Assembly: GCA_049516875.1 (NCBI GenBank)
Contig: JBEKSS010000001.1
Span: 416,001 to 480,000, forward strand
DNA length: 64,000 nt
Direction of reading: 5' to 3'
Source: Candidatus Bathyarchaeia archaeon
GTDB taxonomy: Archaea > Thermoproteota > Bathyarchaeia > Bathyarchaeales > Bathycorpusculaceae
The notes under the pieces were generated by a model, which had not been told where the DNA came from, ran no database searches, and was given only the letters and a program-made list of their open reading frames with translations. A program made the translations under genes and the position numbers. Position 1 is the stretch's first letter; the number at the start of each line of letters is the position of its first letter. Shown here in pieces: positions 60,134 through 64,000 of the stretch.

Positions 60134-60711
60134 ATGCCATACAGGTTTACGTTTGACCTTTCAAGGATTCCGCGTTTCTTCTTCACCGAGGTGACAAGAG
60201 CGGCCTACGAAAGGGGTATGCACAGAAGGGTCGGCAAAACCGTCCAAGAAATCATAAGGAAGTTCAAGATTCAGGAGGCAACAGGTCTCAACCTGTCTGA
60301 TGCCGTGGCTCTCCTCGAAGATCTCATAGATGTACAAGCCAGAAACCTCATAGAAAGAGAAAGATTCATTCAAACAAAAAGAAGGGCGTTGCTTCTGCCT
60401 CACTGCTCCAGAAAATTCATGGACAACCGATGCAAAGCATCCTTCGACCCTAAAATCCCATCTTACGTCTGCGCTCACTGTTCTCCAGACTGCCAGATTG
60501 GAAAAGCCGAGCTTTTGGCCAAGAAAAAAGGCTACGACGTTTACATCTTGCCCGGCGGCTCCTGCATTCCGAAGATTTTGAACGCGAACCACTATGAAGG
60601 CATAATAGGAGTCGCTTGCGGTGAAGAGATAAGAACCGGCGGGGAAGCATTGAAAGCCATGAACATAAGCGGCCAAACCGTTCCATTAATAAAAAACGGC
60701 TGCGCAAACAC
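60134..60711 (+). CDS. DUF116 family protein (true stop lost; ORF runs on to 60769)
   Basis: 'LLLPHC', 'CAHC..DC.IG', 'ILPGGS', 'IGVACG.E', 'GCANT'. Confidence 0.8.
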
Positions 60712-60860
60712 TCTCGTTTCTTCCAGCGCAAGTTCTTGCTGTGACATTTCCGGCATTTCACCGCAGTAGCAGCATTTCTTGCACCGCAATGTCGGCATAT
60801 CTTCATGTGAAGCCTGTGTTCCTGAGCAAGAGTCTTCTTAAGAGGATCAAGTATCGGCAT
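60711..60860 (-). CDS. rpl40e: 50S ribosomal protein L40e (stop codon missing at the junction)
   Basis: 'KICRHCGARNA..A.KCRKC.S..LRWKKRE', then reads into the antisense strand of DUF116. Confidence 0.88.
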
Positions 60861-60951
60861 TGGATCATTCTCTCATTTGTGGCTAAGAGTGAAGCATTCC
60901 AGTGTCAAATATACTTTTTGCCGGCTAGCCCCATAACACGTTTGCCGCCTT

Positions 60952-61827
60952 TCAAGCTTTGATCAGCTCGGTTAAAAGCTCCGCCACATCGCTGGGTTTT
61001 TCAGCCACTTTCACTCCGGCATTTCTGAAGACTTCAATTTTATTTTCAGCCGTTCCCGCTTTGCCCATAACGATTGCACCTGCATGCCCCATACGTTTCC
61101 CAGGTGGAGCCGAACGTCCAGCTATAAATGCCACCACAGGTTTCGGATACATTTCCTCTGAAATGTATTTTGCCGCCAACTCTTCAAGGTTGCCTCCAAT
61201 TTCACCTATCAGAACAACAGCTTTCGTCTGAGAGTCAGCTTCAAACATCTTCAAGGCATCTATGAAATTCAATCCTGTTATGGGGTCTCCTCCCAAGCCA
61301 AGACATGTCGACTCCCCCAACCGCTTTCGGGTCAAGCCCGCGGCTATTTCGTACGTAAGCGTCCCGCTGCGCGAAGCCATGCCCACGCTGCCCGACTTGA
61401 AGATGTGTGAGGGCATAATGCCCAGTTTGCACGCCTCGGGCGATATTATGCCAGGAGTGTTTGGCCCGATTACTGTCGCTTTAACCTGTCTCGCATGAGC
61501 CATTACGCTGATTGCGTCCTTGATGGGAATGTGTTCAGTTATTATAACCACGGTTTTTATCCCGTTTTCCATGGCTTCCAGAGCCGCATCTGCAGCGAAT
61601 GGAGCCGGCACGAAAATTATTGAAGCGTTCGCATGGTGTTTCTCCTGTGCCTCCTCACCCGTATTATAAACTGCCACACCTTCAACTTGAGCTCCCCCCT
61701 TACCCGGCGTCACACCTGCGACTATTTTTGTCCCGTATTCCAGCATCAGCCTCGTGTGGAAACTTCCCTGAGTCCCAGTTATGCCCCAAACGATTGCACG
61801 CGTGCTCTTGCCGATTATTATCCCCAA
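60952..61827 (-). CDS. sucD: Succinyl-CoA synthetase alpha subunit
   Basis: 'GVTPGKGG', 'IGPNTPG', 'SRSGTLTYE', 'RMGHAGA'. Confidence 0.96.
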   Translation of the reverse strand: MGIIIGKSTRAIVWGITGTQGSFHTRLMLEYGTKIVAGVTPGKGGAQVEGVAVYNTGEEAQEKHHANASIIFVPAPFAADAALEAMENGIKTVVIITEHIPIKDAISVMAHARQVKATVIGPNTPGIISPEACKLGIMPSHIFKSGSVGMASRSGTLTYEIAAGLTRKRLGESTCLGLGGDPITGLNFIDALKMFEADSQTKAVVLIGEIGGNLEELAAKYISEEMYPKPVVAFIAGRSAPPGKRMGHAGAIVMGKAGTAENKIEVFRNAGVKVAEKPSDVAELLTELIKA

Positions 61828-61829
61828 GC

Positions 61830-62978
61830 TTACGCACCTCCTTTCTTAGAAATCTCAACGGCTCGCTGCGCGGCTTCCTCCATGCTTTCCAACACGTGAA
61901 TGCCGGCCTCCGTTAGTATCCTTTTTCCCTCCTCCTCATTTGTGCCCACCAGCCGGATGACCATAGGTGTTGTCACTCTGGCCTTCTCTTTAGCCTGCAA
62001 GATTCCTCTTGCAACCTCGTCGCAACGGGTGATTCCCCCGAGGATGTTTATAAAAAGCACCTTGACCTTCGGGTCTGAAAGCACTATCTTAAGGGCAAGG
62101 GCCGTTTTCTCGGAGGGAGCCCCTCCTCCCACGTCCAGAAAGTTCGCGGGTTTTCCACCGTAATACTGAATCGTGTCCAATGTTGCCATCACTAGGCCTG
62201 CTCCGTTGCCTATGACTCCGATGTTCCCGTCAAGCTTCACGTAAGCCAGATCGTTCTTGACAGCTTCAAGCTCCTGTGGACTGAGTTCACTCTCTCCCTC
62301 AAGAAGCCTCTTCTTGTATTCCTGATGGCGGAACAGGGCGTTGTCATCAATTATCATCCGCGCGTCCACCGCCAAGAATTTTCCGTCTGTGGCCTCCACC
62401 AACGGGTTCATCTCGATCAGTTCTGTATCGTAGTCCATGCCGACAAGATAGAGCTTTTCGAGAATCCTTCCAAGTTCTGAGATTTGGGTGCCAGAATATT
62501 CCATTCTTCTCGCGATCTGCCGTGCCAGAAAAGGATGGAAACCGAACTCGGGGTTTATGGGGGTTGCTATCACTTTCTCAGGGGTTTTGGATGCTACTTC
62601 TTCTATGTCCATTCCCCCGACACCAGAAGCAATTGCGACGTATCGCTGTCTGAACCTGTCGGTTGTCAAGCCGAAGTACAGTTCTCTTTTGACCTGAATT
62701 TTCTCTTCGACCCACACGCTTTTGACAGGTATGCCTTTTATCTGCATGTCTAAGAGTTTCTCGGCGGTTTTCTCAGTTTCCTCAACAGAGTTGGCGAACA
62801 GAATGCCGCCTGCCTTGCCTCTTCCTGCAACCAAAACCTGCGCTTTAACCGCAACCGGCATTTTCAGCCCAGCCGCAACCTCACGCGCTTGACGGGAATC
62901 CGACGCCAACCCGCCTTGAGGCACTGGAACGCCGTGTTTCGAAAGTATGTTCTTTGCTTCATATTCAAACAGTTTCAA
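61830..62978 (-). CDS. sucC: Succinyl-CoA synthetase beta subunit
   Basis: 'EYEAK', 'KAQV..AGRGKAGG', 'EMNPL', 'NGAGLVMATLD', 'ANFLDVGGG'. Confidence 0.96.
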   Translation of the reverse strand: MKLFEYEAKNILSKHGVPVPQGGLASDSRQAREVAAGLKMPVAVKAQVLVAGRGKAGGILFANSVEETEKTAEKLLDMQIKGIPVKSVWVEEKIQVKRELYFGLTTDRFRQRYVAIASGVGGMDIEEVASKTPEKVIATPINPEFGFHPFLARQIARRMEYSGTQISELGRILEKLYLVGMDYDTELIEMNPLVEATDGKFLAVDARMIIDDNALFRHQEYKKRLLEGESELSPQELEAVKNDLAYVKLDGNIGVIGNGAGLVMATLDTIQYYGGKPANFLDVGGGAPSEKTALALKIVLSDPKVKVLFINILGGITRCDEVARGILQAKEKARVTTPMVIRLVGTNEEEGKRILTEAGIHVLESMEEAAQRAVEISKKGGA

Positions 62979-62991
62979 TCAAACACTCTCC

Positions 62992-63450
62992 TTATCTTAT
63001 CGTTTCTATTGCAATGTAGGATTTGGTGTCTTGTATGCCGTCAATTGAGGATAACCTTTTTAAGACTTCGTCGAGCTGCCTCCTTTCCGTTATCACCAAT
63101 GCGTCAACATCGCCTGCGATTCTGAAGGCCCTTTGAACCGCAAGTTCCTTGATCTTGTCGTAGACGTAGCTTCGCTTCAGAGGCGAAACCTTGATGAATA
63201 TGAAGGCAGGAGTTGAGGACATCCCAAGCGCGCTCAGCCCCTCGTCAGTCACGTCTATGAAACCCCTTCCAGTCCGTATATAGCTCAGGTCTCTGAGTTT
63301 TCGCAAGTGAACGTTCAAAGCCTGTCTGCTTATGTTCAACTGCCTTGCCAACTCGTCCTGCTTCAAATGCAAAGTGTACGCGTTTGTCGACTTGCCCTTC
63401 TCGTAGAGCAACCGCAACAGCTGCCTTGTACGTTTTGTAAGCGTTTCCAA
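62992..63450 (-). CDS. Lrp/AsnC-family regulator
   Basis: HTH 'QDELARQLNISRQAL' and RAM domain 'IAGDVD'. Confidence 0.85.
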   Translation of the reverse strand: METLTKRTRQLLRLLYEKGKSTNAYTLHLKQDELARQLNISRQALNVHLRKLRDLSYIRTGRGFIDVTDEGLSALGMSSTPAFIFIKVSPLKRSYVYDKIKELAVQRAFRIAGDVDALVITERRQLDEVLKRLSSIDGIQDTKSYIAIETIR

Positions 63451-63658
63451 ACTGTCTCCCCAATCGTTACATTTTGTGAAGCTCAGTGTTTACAATAGTA
63501 AGGTTTATTTAAATGTTTAGCAAAAATCAGACAAACGGGTTCATTCCAAAATCGGTTTTTTGTTAACTGAAGATTGAAACCGTAATGTATTTATTTGCCG
63601 AGAAAGAAGGTTATCGAGCCTACATAAAAATGGAAACTAGGAGCGAGGCGGTAAAAAA

Positions 63659-63937
63659 ATGTCAGAAAGCAATGCAGTGTTGATCGGAAACAAGCCAGTA
63701 ATGAACTATGTACTGGCATGCATAACCCTCTTTCACGGCGGAGCAAAAGAAGTAAACGTTAAGGCGCGAGGGAGAGCCATAAGCCGAGCAGTTGACGTCG
63801 TCGAGGTCGTCAGACGCCGATTCTTGCCAGACGTAAAGATCAAAGGAATTGGCATTGGAACACAGCAGATGGCACCCAGAGAAGAGGGTGGCCCGCCTTC
63901 AAACGTCAGCACAGTCGAAATTTCGCTTGAACGATAA
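63659..63937 (+). CDS. albA: Chromatin protein Alba
   Basis: '[12 protein letters not shown]', '[14 protein letters not shown]', 'NVS.VEI.L'. Confidence 0.96.
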   Translation: MSESNAVLIGNKPVMNYVLACITLFHGGAKEVNVKARGRAISRAVDVVEVVRRRFLPDVKIKGIGIGTQQMAPREEGGPPSNVSTVEISLER

Positions 63938-64000
63938 AACACCGTTTCTACACAAACCAATGCTCCGCCGCCCCTCCTTTGTTTGCGGAGGGCCAGTCCA

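Noticed and set aside
1-64000. CRISPR array or cas genes
   Set aside because: No regularly spaced repeat-spacer series and no Cas motifs seen

Overview
Archaeal chromosomal window. Gene content (Cdc48, TruD, Pth2, TFB, Gar1, L7Ae/S28e/L24e/L40e, Alba, SucCD, intron-containing initiator tRNA) fits a TACK-group archaeon, most likely Bathyarchaeia (inference). The main signal is a ~15.6-kb integrated element at 12843-28424, bounded by a perfect 19-bp direct repeat. That repeat is the 3' half (D guide, box D, terminal stem) of a host C/D-box guide sRNA gene (12804-12860), not a tRNA. The element is organised like a bacterial PICI/virus satellite: tyrosine integrase, putative defence cargo (HEPN and membrane proteins), a short module of beta-rich virion-surface-like proteins with no recognisable capsid or terminase, a divergent repressor switch, a very divergent MCM helicase carrying an iteron-like palindrome inside its own gene, and an inverted-repeat/AT-rich site next to attR. 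The second block is an archaellum locus (arlJ-I-H, F, G, C/D/E-like, three archaellins, adjacent TrmB-type regulator) interrupted by large surface-protein genes and carrying duplicated cis elements. There are also three candidate structured ncRNAs and several disrupted genes, some of which may be assembly artefacts. All family assignments come from motifs read by eye; no searches were run.
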